From Octopus sinensis (taxonomy: Eukaryota): 64,000 bases of DNA. The stretch's first letter is position 1. Each line of letters opens with the position of its first letter. The notes under the pieces are model-generated. The model made no database searches. It saw only the letters and a list, made by a program, of their open reading frames with translations, and was not told the DNA's origin. The position numbers and the translations under genes were made by a program. Positions 12,291-26,810 of the stretch are shown piece after piece. The DNA lies in NCBI RefSeq assembly GCF_006345805.1, contig NW_021832375.1, positions 62,001 to 126,000 of the forward strand, in the 5' to 3' direction.

Positions 12291-15200
12291 TTGTTTAGAA
12301 TGATTATAAAGTTTATTATGCACGAACGGCGGAGTCTCTAAACTGCTGTGTGAATTAAAAATAGGGTTAATAATAGGCATTCTATCTCTGCCCCTGGGTT
12401 GTTTAATTTCTCCACCTTCCACCTAAGGAAAATAGGGTTTGAGAGAAAATGCCTGTCCGCGAAAATGTTTCAAGATCGATGGAAGAATGTCGCCCGAAAG
12501 CTGCGTACGGATGGAACTGCATGAATACAATGCAGGATGAACCCAAAGCATCAGTGGGGAGGCAGCGCTCGTGGGGTCCAAGCACATCCCGTCCCCCCCA
12601 CTCTATTCTGTAATGTTGTATATTTTATCATCCGAACTCTTCATATTTATGTAAAATTTTAAAATCCATCTTTGTGTTGATTCATACGTTAAATCTGACC
12701 CCATATCAGATTGTACTGTTCCCTTGTGGGAAAGAAAAAAAATTTACGAAATGCTAAGCGGTATTTTGTCTGTCTTTACGTTCTGAAGTCAAATTCCGCC
12801 GAAGTCAATTTTGCCTTTCATCCTTTCGCTGTCGATAAATTGAGTACCAGTTACGTCTTGGGGTCGACCTAATCGACTGGCCTCCTCCTCCAAAATTTCG
12901 GGTCTTGTACGTAGAGTAGAATAGGAAATTATGTTTGATTTCTCTGGAATTACCAGTAGAATAGATGAGGAAATAAAATGATTATATAAAAGTGTAGATT
13001 TGTAAAGGAGAAAGAGGTGAATAATAATTGAAAAGTTGGTTTGTCGTTTATAGAGAGAGAAAGAGAGGGAGAGAGGGAGAGAGAGATTAAGAGACTAAAC
13101 GGTGTTGGTGGTGGAGAGATTTCAAGTTATACATATGATATGTGGGTCATGCGTTTTATTTTTTAAAGCATTGGGTTGTGGCCATGCTGGAGCTTAGACT
13201 TGGGTGTTTAAGCAATCATATAAACCCAAATATTTTTTTAAAGTCATGTACGTATTTCAAATCTAATTAGTCAGTAATTATTAATTTATAGCATGTTTAA
13301 ATAATGGAAATTATTTGTGTATATATGTATATATATATATATGAGTATGCACATACAAATGCTCTTCTATTCCCATTTATGTTTATTTTCTCAAAACATT
13401 ATATAAACTATAAAATTGTGTCCAGCATTTTTATAAGAATAGAAAGGTTGAACTAAAGATATTTGAGGAAATTTAAAGGAAGAAAATTATTCCTAATTAT
13501 ACCTGATGGAATTTTATATTTCAAGGAAATATTTTAATTTTAAGTCAATTTTACAGGAATATAAAAAATATAAACTCTTTTTTCTTCATATAATTTAATG
13601 CAATCTCTACAATAAATTTCTGCCTTCAGCTAAAAAAAGGGAAATATTTTACATTAATTTTTAATTTTATGTGTGTAATTGACAAGTACCGATTAATATT
13701 CCTGAATGCAGTAAATGATTCCATTCGTCTGGCTCACTTCAGAGCTTCAAACTTCGTGCTGTGCTTCTAAAGAAGTGGATCTTTGTCTTTCAGTGGTTGA
13801 TATCAGCGGTCGTAGGATCGCGGTTTCGATTCCCAGACCGGGCGTTGTGAGTGTTTATTGAACGAAAACACCTAAAGCTCCACGAAGCTCCGGCAGGGAT
13901 GGTGGTGATCCCTGCTGTACTCTTTCACCACAACTTTCTCTCACTCTTACTTCCTATTTCTGTTGTACTTGTATTTCAAAGGGCCGAACTTGTCACTCAC
14001 TGTATCACGCTGAATATCCCCGAGAACTACGTTAAGGGTACACGTGTCTGTGGAGTGCTCAGTCACTTACACGTTAATTTCACGAGCAGGCTGTTCCGTT
14101 GATCGGATCAACCGGAACCCTCGTCGTCATAACCGACGGAGTGCTTCCATCATCTACGCCTCTTTCTATAATCCTGGTGCGATATTTCCCTTGGCAATAT
14201 TGACATTGTTGGAATAAAGCCCTGGGTGGTGTGGTCTTGAGGAAATGCTTTCTCAGTCTGTGGTGAATCTGTCTTCTAGTTGATCTGATGTATGTGGCTT
14301 CACAAGACTTCACGTCTGGTTGACCACTTTTGAATTTAAACAAACCAGAGAGGTCAGATCTTCTGGTGCTGTTTTTCAACTTATTTTCCCTCAATGTAGA
14401 CCCAGTGTTTATTTCAAGGCCTCCGCTTCCTCCATTTCCTCCCTCTCTTATTCTTCTCTTAGCCTATATTATTAAGTCTACTATGTGTATGTGTGTATAA
14501 TATATACTAGCAGTCACCCGGCCTTTGTCTCGGTGTGTAGTGTACACAAATGTATTCATAAGAAATCTTTCGTAATGCTTATGTATTAAGATCTTAATTA
14601 AATGTTACAAGCCGATACCCTTCACAAGAAATAGTTTTAAATTCCAACCTTAAGTACACACACCCACACACACACACATACACACACATTTACAGAAAAC
14701 AAAAGACACACATACACACACATATATATATATATATACACATATATATAATCATGTAGTCACATGATCGACTATACTGCCAGATGTAACACATCACTGG
14801 TCACATGTGCTTTGCATTGTTTTACGTTTTGAATGATGCCACTCCACTCGTTAGGAAAGCAGGCGAACATTCGGGAGTCTTGGAAAAGGAAGGGCATTGC
14901 AAGAATCAAACCCACGATCTAGCTATTGTGAGGGTAACACCCGAATCACTATGCCATACAGCTACTCACACATGCGCACGAGTATGCACATACATAGACT
15001 TATATATTTACGTATAAGCATATAAAGCAATCATTTTACACCTTTCCTCCATACTACCATGGGTTGTATAAGTATAATATTGATCCATTCTTTTTGGATC
15101 TGGATCCCCTTCATGTAATTAACCCTTACCTGTTGTTCAAGGGATCACTTATTCCAATGGTTTGTCTATTAACAGGGAAAATGATAATCTCATCGTTCAT

Positions 15201-15670
15201 ACCTGAGCAATTTTCGGTAAAGGCAAATGGAAACATACACACACACACACACATAGAAGAAGGTACTTGCCCAAGGTGTCATACAGTGGGCCAAAACTTG
15301 TGGTTGGCGTTTGGAAGGGCATCCAGCTGTAAAATCCCTGCCAAAATAGACAGTAGCCCAGGGTAGTTTTTTCTACCTGGATGGCTCCTGTCATCCATCT
15401 TACTCGTGAATGCATGGAAGGTGGGCGTTATTCGGTGATGATGATGATGATTGCCGTGGCACAAAAAAACCACCAACCGATCGTGGTCGTTGCCAGCCTC
15501 CCCTGGCACATAAAAAGCGTCCACTACACTCACGGAGTGGTTGGCGTTAACTAGCAAACAAGTTTATTATTATTATCTGTTTTGTTAGTTTATTTTGTCT
15601 CTCTTCTCTTCTCTCCTGGTGTGAATATTTATAAGTTTTAGGTAAGTAAGGAGACTCTCACTTGTACATC

Positions 15671-15707
<37 letters not shown>

Positions 15708-16913
15708 CCACATATTCACATATATCTATACATATACATACATACCCATATATACATACATATATATATACATACATACATATACATATATATATATACA
15801 TATATATACATATATATACACTTACCCATGTACGTACACACAAATACACATATACATACATATATATACACATATGTATACACACTCGCACATATATATA
15901 CATACACACATATATATACACATGCATATACATGCACACACATACACACACATTTTTATTCCCTTATTTTAATTTTATTATTACTTTTGTTTATATCTTT
16001 ATTTTTATCGTAACCGCGGTCAGCCGGTCTCAAGGGGTGATCTAAAGAGTCCGTTTATCTATCTACTCACTGATACGAACGCAAGCACTCACCCACGCCC
16101 ACACACTCACACGTACACTCATACTCATACGCACACGCACGTGTTATATTCATACACACATACATCTACATACATTCACGTATATTCACATACGTACACG
16201 TACCTACTGATTCATATCTACACGCATACACATACATACCTCAATACACCCACAGAAGACTAGTCCATACATATACACTAATAAATATATATACACATAT
16301 ACATATACACATACATACACATACATACATATACATACACATATACATATATATATACATATATATACATATACATATACATACAAATATACATTCATAC
16401 ATATATACACATACACACATATATATATATATGCGTACACATACACACACACACACGCGCATCTATATATACACATAAGTACATACATGCATAAATGTAT
16501 ACATATGTCTATACATATGCATACACATCCACACAGACACGCGCCTCCTTATGTTCATAGATACATACATGCATACAGGCATATACATATATACATACAT
16601 GCATACTCAAATAATAATAATAAATATATATACGTGCAGTTACCCATTATACAGACGGATACATACATATAAACATACCCATATATACCTATTTACACGT
16701 ATGTATATATACATACATACATACACACATAACTCTACATACCTACATATACATAAACACACAAGCGTTCACACACATATATATATATATATATATATAA
16801 TATACATATATATATATATATCTATATACATATACATATATACATATATACACACACATACACACACATATATACATTTACACACACATTTACACATATA
16901 TATATACACATAC

Positions 16914-16965
<52 letters not shown>

Positions 16966-17059
16966 TATATATATATATATAATACATATATATATATACA
17001 TACATATATATATATATATATATACGATATATATATATATATACGATATATATATATAT

Positions 17060-17566
17060 ACGATACGCAAAGCTAAGAATATTTTTGCTCCTTTTTTCTT
17101 TTTTCTCCCTCTCTACTACGTTAGGACTGACAGTTTTAAATGATCTCATCGCTAACAACCTATTAGAATTTCGTTAATTCTCCCTAAATTCCGGCTGACC
17201 TGTTCGCCGGCCATTTTTATTTTCATTCTGCCACACGATGACGATACGCAAAGCTAAGAATATTTTTGCTCCTTTTTTCTTTTTTCTCCCTCTCTACTAC
17301 GTTAGGACTGACAGTTTTAAATGATCTCATCGCTAACAACCTATTAGAATTTCGTTAATTCTCCTAAATTCCGGCTGACCTGTTCGCTGGCCATTTTTTT
17401 TCATTCTGCCACACGATGACGATACGCAAAGCTAAGAATATTTTTGCTCCTTTTTTCTTTTTTCTCCCTCTCTACTACGTTAGGACTGACAGTTTTAAAT
17501 GATCTCATCGCTAACAACCTATTAAAATTTCGTTAATTCTCCCTAAATTCCGGCTGACCTGTTCGC
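17060..17566. repeat. Tandem repeat, ~180-bp unit x2.8
   Basis: acgatacgcaaagctaag starts at 17060, 17241 and 17419. Confidence 0.95.
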
Positions 17567-17749
17567 TGTGCGCCCGCCCAAACCCACCCTCACCACCAAT
17601 ACCGGATATCTCTCTATTCTCTCCCCTTCCCACTTCCCTCCTAGTGATATTGCTGCTTCTACTACAACTGCTGCTGCTGATGATGATGGTGAATATTAGT
17701 GGTTGAAATTTAACATAGGGAAAAAAAAAACCGTAATAATAATTTAACA

Positions 17750-20700
17750 TTACTTGAAAAGGTAGTGGGTAGCGAACTTCTTCACTACTTCAGGGAGTGA
17801 CGACCCTGCCTGACACGAGTTCCGGGCTCAGCTGGCTCCGGCTGACAGTACCCGGTATGGGCCCCTATCCAGGGTTACGGAAAGGAGACAACCTTCAATG
17901 AAATCCGGAGTGGAGCCCCGAAGGCGGTCTAGTGTTCGATTCGACACTCTGCCGGCAGCTCCTGCAACCAAGCTGGTGCCAAACGTAATGCACTGCACTC
18001 CACTGGACTACATCAGCAAGGTCGAGAGAGGAAACCTGACGATTGGGCTACCCAGGACTTTCTTATCTATAGCCCAGGCCTGCGCAAAACTGGAGAGGAC
18101 ACTTCAGTGCTGCTGTAAAAAGCTGCAGAAACAACACGGGAGGTAACAGTTACGAGTGATAAGTCCATTCAGATTGGCGTAAAATATGGACGCTACGGGT
18201 TACCTCTGCCGGTGGGAGGGACTTCCGTGTCCTATTGGTTAGCTACTGCCCACCTCAAGCTGGGCAGCCCCCAGTTAATAAGGTGCTGACCCGCCACAAG
18301 CCGCCTGTTCCATTGGGTGCTTGGAGCTAAGAGTACGACTCGAAAAGCGGCCTGCAACCTCTGCACCAGGCAGCAACTAAAATTCAAGAAAACACCAGTT
18401 CTGCAGTTGGCAAGCTGGAATGTCAGGACCATGTGTCCTGGAATATCTGACGATCTTCTCAGTATTGAAGACACAAGGAAAACGGCCATCATTGACCGTG
18501 AACTAAAGAGGCTCAACATAGATATTGCTGGGCTGCAGGAGACAAGACTTCCCTCAAACGGCAGACTCAAAGAGCAGGACTTCACCTTCTTTTGGCAGGG
18601 AAGAGATCCAGAAGAACCTCGTCAACATGGCGTTGGCTTTGCAGTGAGAAACTCACTACTCTCCTCAATAGAACCACCATCGGGAGGCACTGAGCGTATC
18701 CTCTCACTGCGCCTCTCGACTTCTGGCTCAGTACATCTACTCAGCATCTATGCTCCCACTCTCTACAGCTCAGAGGAGACCAAGGACCAGTTCTACAAAG
18801 ATCTCAACTGTGTCCTAGAAAATATACCAACGACTGAAAATATCTACCTTCTAGGGGATTTTAACGCTCGCGTGGGATCTGACCATGATTCGTGGCCCAT
18901 TTGTGTTGGACACTTTGGTATTGGCAACATGAATGACAATGGTCAGAGACTACTCGAATTCTGCACATACCACAACCTGTGCATCACAACACATTCTTCA
19001 CCAGCAAGCCATCCCACAAGGCATCCTGGAGACATCCAAGATCTCACCACTGGCATCAGCTGGATCTCATCATTACACGGAGATCCTTTCTGAGTTCCAC
19101 TCTATTGACCCGCAGTTACCACAGTGCGGATTGTGACACAGACCACTCACTAATTAGAAGCAGGGTGAGGATTCTCCCTAAAAAAGTCCATCGCTCCAAG
19201 AAAGTGGGCCGACCACGCATCAACACCGCCAGAACCTCAGACCCTACACTGCGAAAATGTTTTGTTGCTTCTATCAAGGTTGCCCTCAGTAGCTGCCCAA
19301 CCTCCTCTGCTGAAAGTAGGTGGGACTATATCAGGGAAGCCTTGTATACGACATCATTGGATACTTTCGGCATGAGAGAAAGGCAAAACCCAGATTGGTT
19401 CAATGCTGGGCTCTCAGAGCTGGAGCCAGTTATCGAAGCAAAGCGTGCAGCTCTGGTGCAATACAAGAGTGACTCTTCTACAAAGTCACTCGAAGAACTC
19501 AGAAAGGCACGAAATAAAACCCAACTGACAGCCAGATGCTGTGCAAATAGGTATTGGCAGGAAATCTGTCAGAGTATCCAGTCAGCTGCTGACAGGGGCG
19601 ACACCCGTGGGATGTATGCTGGTTTGAAGAAGTCCCTCGGCCCATCCGCAACCAAGTCAGCCCCTCTGAAATCAACTACTGGAGATCTCATCAGGGATCA
19701 AGGCAAGCAAATGGATAGATGGGTGGAGCACTACCAGGATCTCTACTTACGGGAGACCACAGTGGCTGAGGCTGCAGTCGAGAGTGTCAAGATCTTGCCA
19801 GTCATGTGCGAACTTGACAGTCCGCCATCTATAGCAGAGCTCACCAAGGCTGTTGACTCCCTAGCAAGAAATAAGGCTCCGGGAAAAGACGGCATCCCCT
19901 CAGAGATCATCAAAGCCGGCAAAAACACCATCCTGCTTCGGCACCTTCATGAGCTTCTGTGTCAGTGCTGGGAAGAGGGTACAGTCCCTCAGGATATGCG
20001 GGATGCCAACATCATTACGCTCTACAAAAACAAAGGTGACCGTGGTGATTGTAACAATTACCGTGGTATATCCCTCCTAAGCACTGTTGGAAAGACCTTT
20101 GCCCGCGTTATCCTGGCCAGGCTACAACTACTTGCTTCTCGAATCTATCCGGAATCGCAGTGTGGCTTTAGAAGAAGCAGATCAACTATCGATATGATAT
20201 TCTCCATACGCCAACTTCAGGAGAAGTCCAGAGAGCAGAAAATGCCATTATATATGGCCTTCATTGATCTAACAAAGGCTTTTGACTCGGTAAGCAGAAC
20301 AGGCCTCTTCCTCCTGCTCCAAAAAATCGGATGTCCACCAAAGCTGCTGAGGATCATCAAGTCTTTCCATGATGACATGCAAGGCACCTTACAGCACAAC
20401 GGTTCAACATCAGCCGCCTTCCAAATAAAAAACGGGGTAAAGCAAGGCTGTGTCCTCGCTCCTACATTGTTTGGCATCTTCTTCTCACTCTTGCTGTCAC
20501 ATGCCTTTCAGACATCAGATGATGGAGTGTTTCTGCACAGTAGAAGTGACGGGAAACTGTTCAATCTCTCGCGCCTGCGTGCCAAGACCAAAATCAGAAA
20601 CGTCCTGATCAAGGAGATGTTATTTGCTGATGATGCCGCTCTGGTAACACACACAGAAGAAGCCCTCCAAAGGCTCATTAACTGTTTTGAGCAAGCATGT

Positions 20701-21651
20701 AACGACTTTGGCTTAGCTATCAGCCTTAAGAAGACCAACATCATGGGCCAGGCTACATCGGACATCCCAAACATACATATTGGAGACCACAGATTACAAG
20801 AGGTGGAGAAGTTTACTACTATCTGGCTCTACCGTCACCTACAACCTATCCCTTGACGCTGAGCTCAATATACGCATTGGCAAGGCAGCTGCTGCGATGG
20901 CCCAACTCTCCAAACGGGCTTGGGACAACAATAAGCTGACCAAGACCACAAAAATGAAGATCTACCAGGCATGTGTACTCAGCACTCTACTGTATGGAAG
21001 CGAGACCTGGACGCTATACACACGCCAAGAGCGTCGCCTAAACATCTTTCACCTGCGCTGCCTCCGAAAAATCCTCCACATCAAATGGCAGAATCATATC
21101 CCCAACAAAGATGTCCTCAGGCAAGCAGGAATACCAAGCATGTTTGCACTCCTCACACAAAGACGTATGAGATAGCTTGGGCATGTTAGCCGTATGAAAG
21201 ATGGCAGAATCCCCAAGGACATACTCTACGGAGAGCTTGCTAGGGGTACTAGGTCTGTGGGTAGACCGATCTTGCGTTACAAGGATGTTTGCAAAAGGGA
21301 TATGAAGGCCTGCAACATCAACATTAGCGGTTGGGAGGCAGTCGCCAGCAACCGTGGAGAATGGCGACGTACAGTAAAAGAGGGTATACAGAGGAGTGAC
21401 AGAAAGAGAGAGGAGAAATGGAAAGAAAGAAAGAGACATAAACAAGAGACCATGGCACTACAACCAGCCAGGAACAGTCTTCGCTACATTTGCAGTACCT
21501 GCCAGAGGGAGTGTTTGTCCAGGATAGGACTACACAGCCACAGCAAGAAATGTAACAGGAAATAAAATATAACAGCCGGACTAGACCTAGAAAAAAAAAA
21601 AAATGCGCAACTCCATTGTCTCCCGAGACGGAGAGGATGCCAAACCAAACC
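17750..21651 (+). mobile_element. Near-full-length RTE-clade non-LTR retrotransposon, inactivated
   Basis: APE endonuclease motifs (SWNVRT, GLQET, IYAPT, GDFNARVG, DHSL), RT motifs (YRGISLL, FIDLTKAFD, GVKQGCVLAP, LFADD) and a C-terminal CxxC-x12-H-x3-C. The 3' end has the gtctc-cc-gagac hairpin, ggatgcc and a (caaac) tail. The 5' boundary is approximate. Confidence 0.95.
18317..21565 (+). pseudogene. Disrupted RTE EN-RT ORF (2 frameshifts + 1 nonsense)
   Basis: ORF pieces 18317-19093, 18979-20856, 20780-21175 and 21194-21565 are collinear. Frameshifts lie near 18990 (ITNTFF region) and near 20820 (FTYLGST region), and TAG at 21173-21175 replaces the W of RWLGHV. Confidence 0.92.
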
Positions 21652-21958
21652 ATATATATACACACAAGCACATACATGCATAAATGTATACATATGTTTA
21701 TACAAATGCATACACATACACACACTCACGCGCCTCCTTATATACATAAATACATACATGCATACAAACGCATACTCATGTAATAAATAATGAATAATAA
21801 ATAATAGATATATATACACATGCAGTTACCCTTTGTACAGACGGAAACATACATATAAGCATACACGTATATACCTATCTACACATATGTACATATACAT
21901 ACATACATGCACATACACATAACTCTACATACTTACATATACATAAACACACGAGCGT

Positions 21959-22003
<45 letters not shown>

Positions 22004-22199
22004 TATACATATGTATATACATATATATATGTATATATATATATATATATATATGTATATACATATGTATATATATATATAGACACATATGTATGCATTT
22101 ATACATATAGACATATATATATATATATGCATATATATATATATGTATATAAATATATGTATATGTATATATCTATATATATGTATATATGTATGTATA

Positions 22200-22271
22200 T
22201 GTATGTATGTCTAGTGGTTAGGATTCCTGGCTTTCACCCAGGCGGCCCGGGTTGGATTCCCGGCATGGGAA
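22200..22271 (+). pseudogene. tRNA-Glu(TTC) pseudogene
   Basis: gtctagtggttaggattcctggctttcacccaggcggcccgggttggattcccggcatgggaa has an intact D arm and anticodon arm (cctgg-ctTTCac-ccagg). The 5' acceptor strand is replaced by (tatg)n and the T-loop reads ttgga instead of ttcga. Confidence 0.85.
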
Positions 22272-22292
22272 CGTTATATTTTATAGGTGAAG

Positions 22293-22590
22293 GGGAATGG
22301 CTCAGTGGTTAGAACGTCGAGCTTACGATCGTGAGGTTGTGAGCTCGAATCCCGGACCGGGCTGCGTGTTGTGTTCTTGAGCAAGACACTTTATTTCACG
22401 TTGCTCCAGTTCACTCAGCTGTAGAAATGAGTTGCGACGTCACTGGTGCCAAGCTGTATCGACCTTTGTCTTTCCCTTGGATAACACTGGTGGCGTGGAG
22501 AGAGGAGGCTGGTATGCATGGGCGACTGCTGGTCTTCCATAAACAACCTTGCCTGGACTTGTGTCTAGGAGGGTAACTTTCTAGGTGCAA
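22293..22590 (+). mobile_element. tRNA-derived SINE (ttgagcaagacactttatttcacgttgctccagt family); reverse copy at ~60830-61070
   Basis: A-box tggctcagtggtt, B-box gctcgaatcc, and a shared body with 41838-41970 and 60830-61070. Confidence 0.8.
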
Positions 22591-22620
22591 TCCCATGTAT
22601 GTGTATATATATATATATAT

Positions 22621-22679
<59 letters not shown>

Positions 22680-22683
22680 GTAT

Positions 22684-24615
<1,932 letters not shown>

Positions 24616-24620
24616 ATATA

Positions 24621-24656
<36 letters not shown>

Positions 24657-24684
24657 TGTATGTATGTATGTATGTATGTATGTG

Positions 24685-24719
<35 letters not shown>

Positions 24720-24762
24720 ACGTACGTATGTATATATATGTATGTATGTATATGTATGTATG

Positions 24763-24842
<80 letters not shown>

Positions 24843-24853
24843 GCATATATATA

Positions 24854-24884
<31 letters not shown>

Positions 24885-24904
24885 GTCTATATGTATATAT
24901 AGAC

Positions 24905-25615
24905 ATGCTTGCGAAGACATGTTGGGGCAAGCGAAATCGAAACCGAATTGAACCAGCCAGGATCCCTGGCCTGGTGGTACGTAAAAAGCACTATCCGACT
25001 CGTGGCCGTGGCACGTAAAATACTCCAATGCGACCGTACGACAGGCACCCATGCCAACCCCCTTTGCTTGTGAAGACATGTTGGGGCAAGCGAAATCGAA
25101 ATCGAATTGAACCAGCCAGGATCCCTGGTCTGGTGGTACGTAAAAAGCACTATCCGACTCGTGGCCGTGGCACGTAAAATACTCCAATGCGACCGTACGA
25201 CAGGCACCCATGCCAACCCCCTTTGCTTGTGAAGACATGTTGGGGCAAGCGAAATCGAAATCGAATTGAACCAGCCAGGATACCTGGTCTGGTGGTACGT
25301 AAAAAGCACTATCCGACTCGTGGCCGATGCCAGCACCGCCTCGACTGGCTTCCGTGCCGGTGGCACATAAAATACACCAATCTGACCGTGGCCGTTGCCA
25401 GCCCCGCCTGGCACCTGTGCAGGTGGCACGTAAAAAGCACCCACTACACTCACGGAGGGGTTGGCGTTAGGAAGGGCATCCAGCTGTAGAAACATTGCCA
25501 GATTAGACTGGAGCCTGGTGCAGCCTTCTGGCTTCCCAGAACCCCGGTCGAACCGTCCAACCCATGCTAGCATGGAGAACGGACGTTAAACGACGATGAT
25601 GATGATGATGATGAT
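24905..25615 (+). mobile_element. RTE-3'UTR-derived non-autonomous element with internal 159-bp tandem repeat
   Basis: It shares ggttggcgttaggaagggcatccagctgtagaaac...cccatgctagcatggagaacggacgttaaacgatgatg with 45897-46255. The unit gcttgYgaagacatgttgggg starts at 24907, 25066 and 25225. Confidence 0.8.
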
Positions 25616-25683
25616 ATGTATATATAATAGAAATATTAAAATAACTAAGTCTTTCTAAAAGAGAACAGCGGCAGCGTTCCCGG

Positions 25684-25832
25684 AAAATAATAGTTATCGC
25701 CATACTAATATGGCATTCTTATAAAAATAAGAAAAAAGCTGTCCGCTTATTAGCTCATGGAGCTAATAAGCGGACAGCTTTTTTCTTATTTTTATAAGAA
25801 TGCCATATTAGTATGGCGATAACTATTATTTT
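25684..25832. repeat. Perfect 73-bp-arm palindrome with 3-nt loop
   Basis: Checked base by base. The spacer is atg at 25757-25759. Confidence 0.95.
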
Positions 25833-25906
25833 ATGTATATATATGTATATATATAAATATATGTATATATATACATATATATATGTATGTATATATATTA
25901 TATATA

Positions 25907-25952
<46 letters not shown>

Positions 25953-25969
25953 TTATATATTATATATAT

Positions 25970-26011
<42 letters not shown>

Positions 26012-26389
26012 TATATATATATGTATGGGGGCGTGTAAACAAAATATAAGATAGAGAATTCTAATATAATTTTCAGTCTTTGAGACTGTAGGCGTAGGAG
26101 TGGCTGAGTGGTAAGTAGCTTGATTACCAACCACCTGGTTCCGAGATCAGTCCCACTGTGTGGCAGCTTGGGCAAGTGTTTTCTACTATAGTCTCGGGCC
26201 AAACATGTACATATTTACGACGGGGCTTTCTTCAGTTTCCGTCAACCAGATCCACTCACAAGGCTTTGGTCGGCCGAGGCTATATTAGAAGTCACTCGCC
26301 CAAGGTGCGACGCAGTGGGACTGAACACGGAACCATGTGCTTGGTACGCAAGCTACTTAACACATACCCCAACCCCGCCTATATTTCGA

Positions 26390-26492
26390 GAGTTATCTCC
26401 GCTTACTTGCCATCGAACTTAGATCCGGCAACAGAAAATTTGAAATTAATTGGGACCCCGGATCCGTTGCAACCGTTTAAAACTAAACTGAG
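26390..26492 (+). other. Candidate non-coding 5'UTR exon of the MIB-like gene
   Basis: Strong donor GAG|gtaagg at 26493, in unique CpG-bearing sequence. The first coding exon has an acceptor only 5 nt before ATG, so an upstream exon is required. The start coordinate is a guess. Confidence 0.35.
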
Positions 26493-26810
26493 GTAAGGCA
26501 TTTTTATTTCATTTGGGACCATTTAACGCTTGAATGAACATCCTTTCATCTTAAACTCTGTCTGTGTGTCTATAAATTAATGATACGATATTAATTATCG
26601 TAAAAGTGCGTGATCCAATTATGAGATCAGGAAATTAATGCTGTTGTTTTTCGTTACGAAACTTACAAGGGCGTGGCCGCTTTGTGGGGGACAGAGATGG
26701 AGGTAACACAGAGTAGGGTCTCTGTTAAGTCAGCCTGAAATGGTAGGGTTTTGTGTATATGTTTTAACAAGGGTGGATTTCTCCGCTGTGGAAACTGGAT
26801 ACCATTTATT

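Noticed and set aside
17060-17566. Regularly spaced repeats as a possible CRISPR array (also the 159-bp and 103/124-bp units)
   Set aside because: The units are wholly repeated with no unique spacers, the context is eukaryotic, and there are no cas genes.
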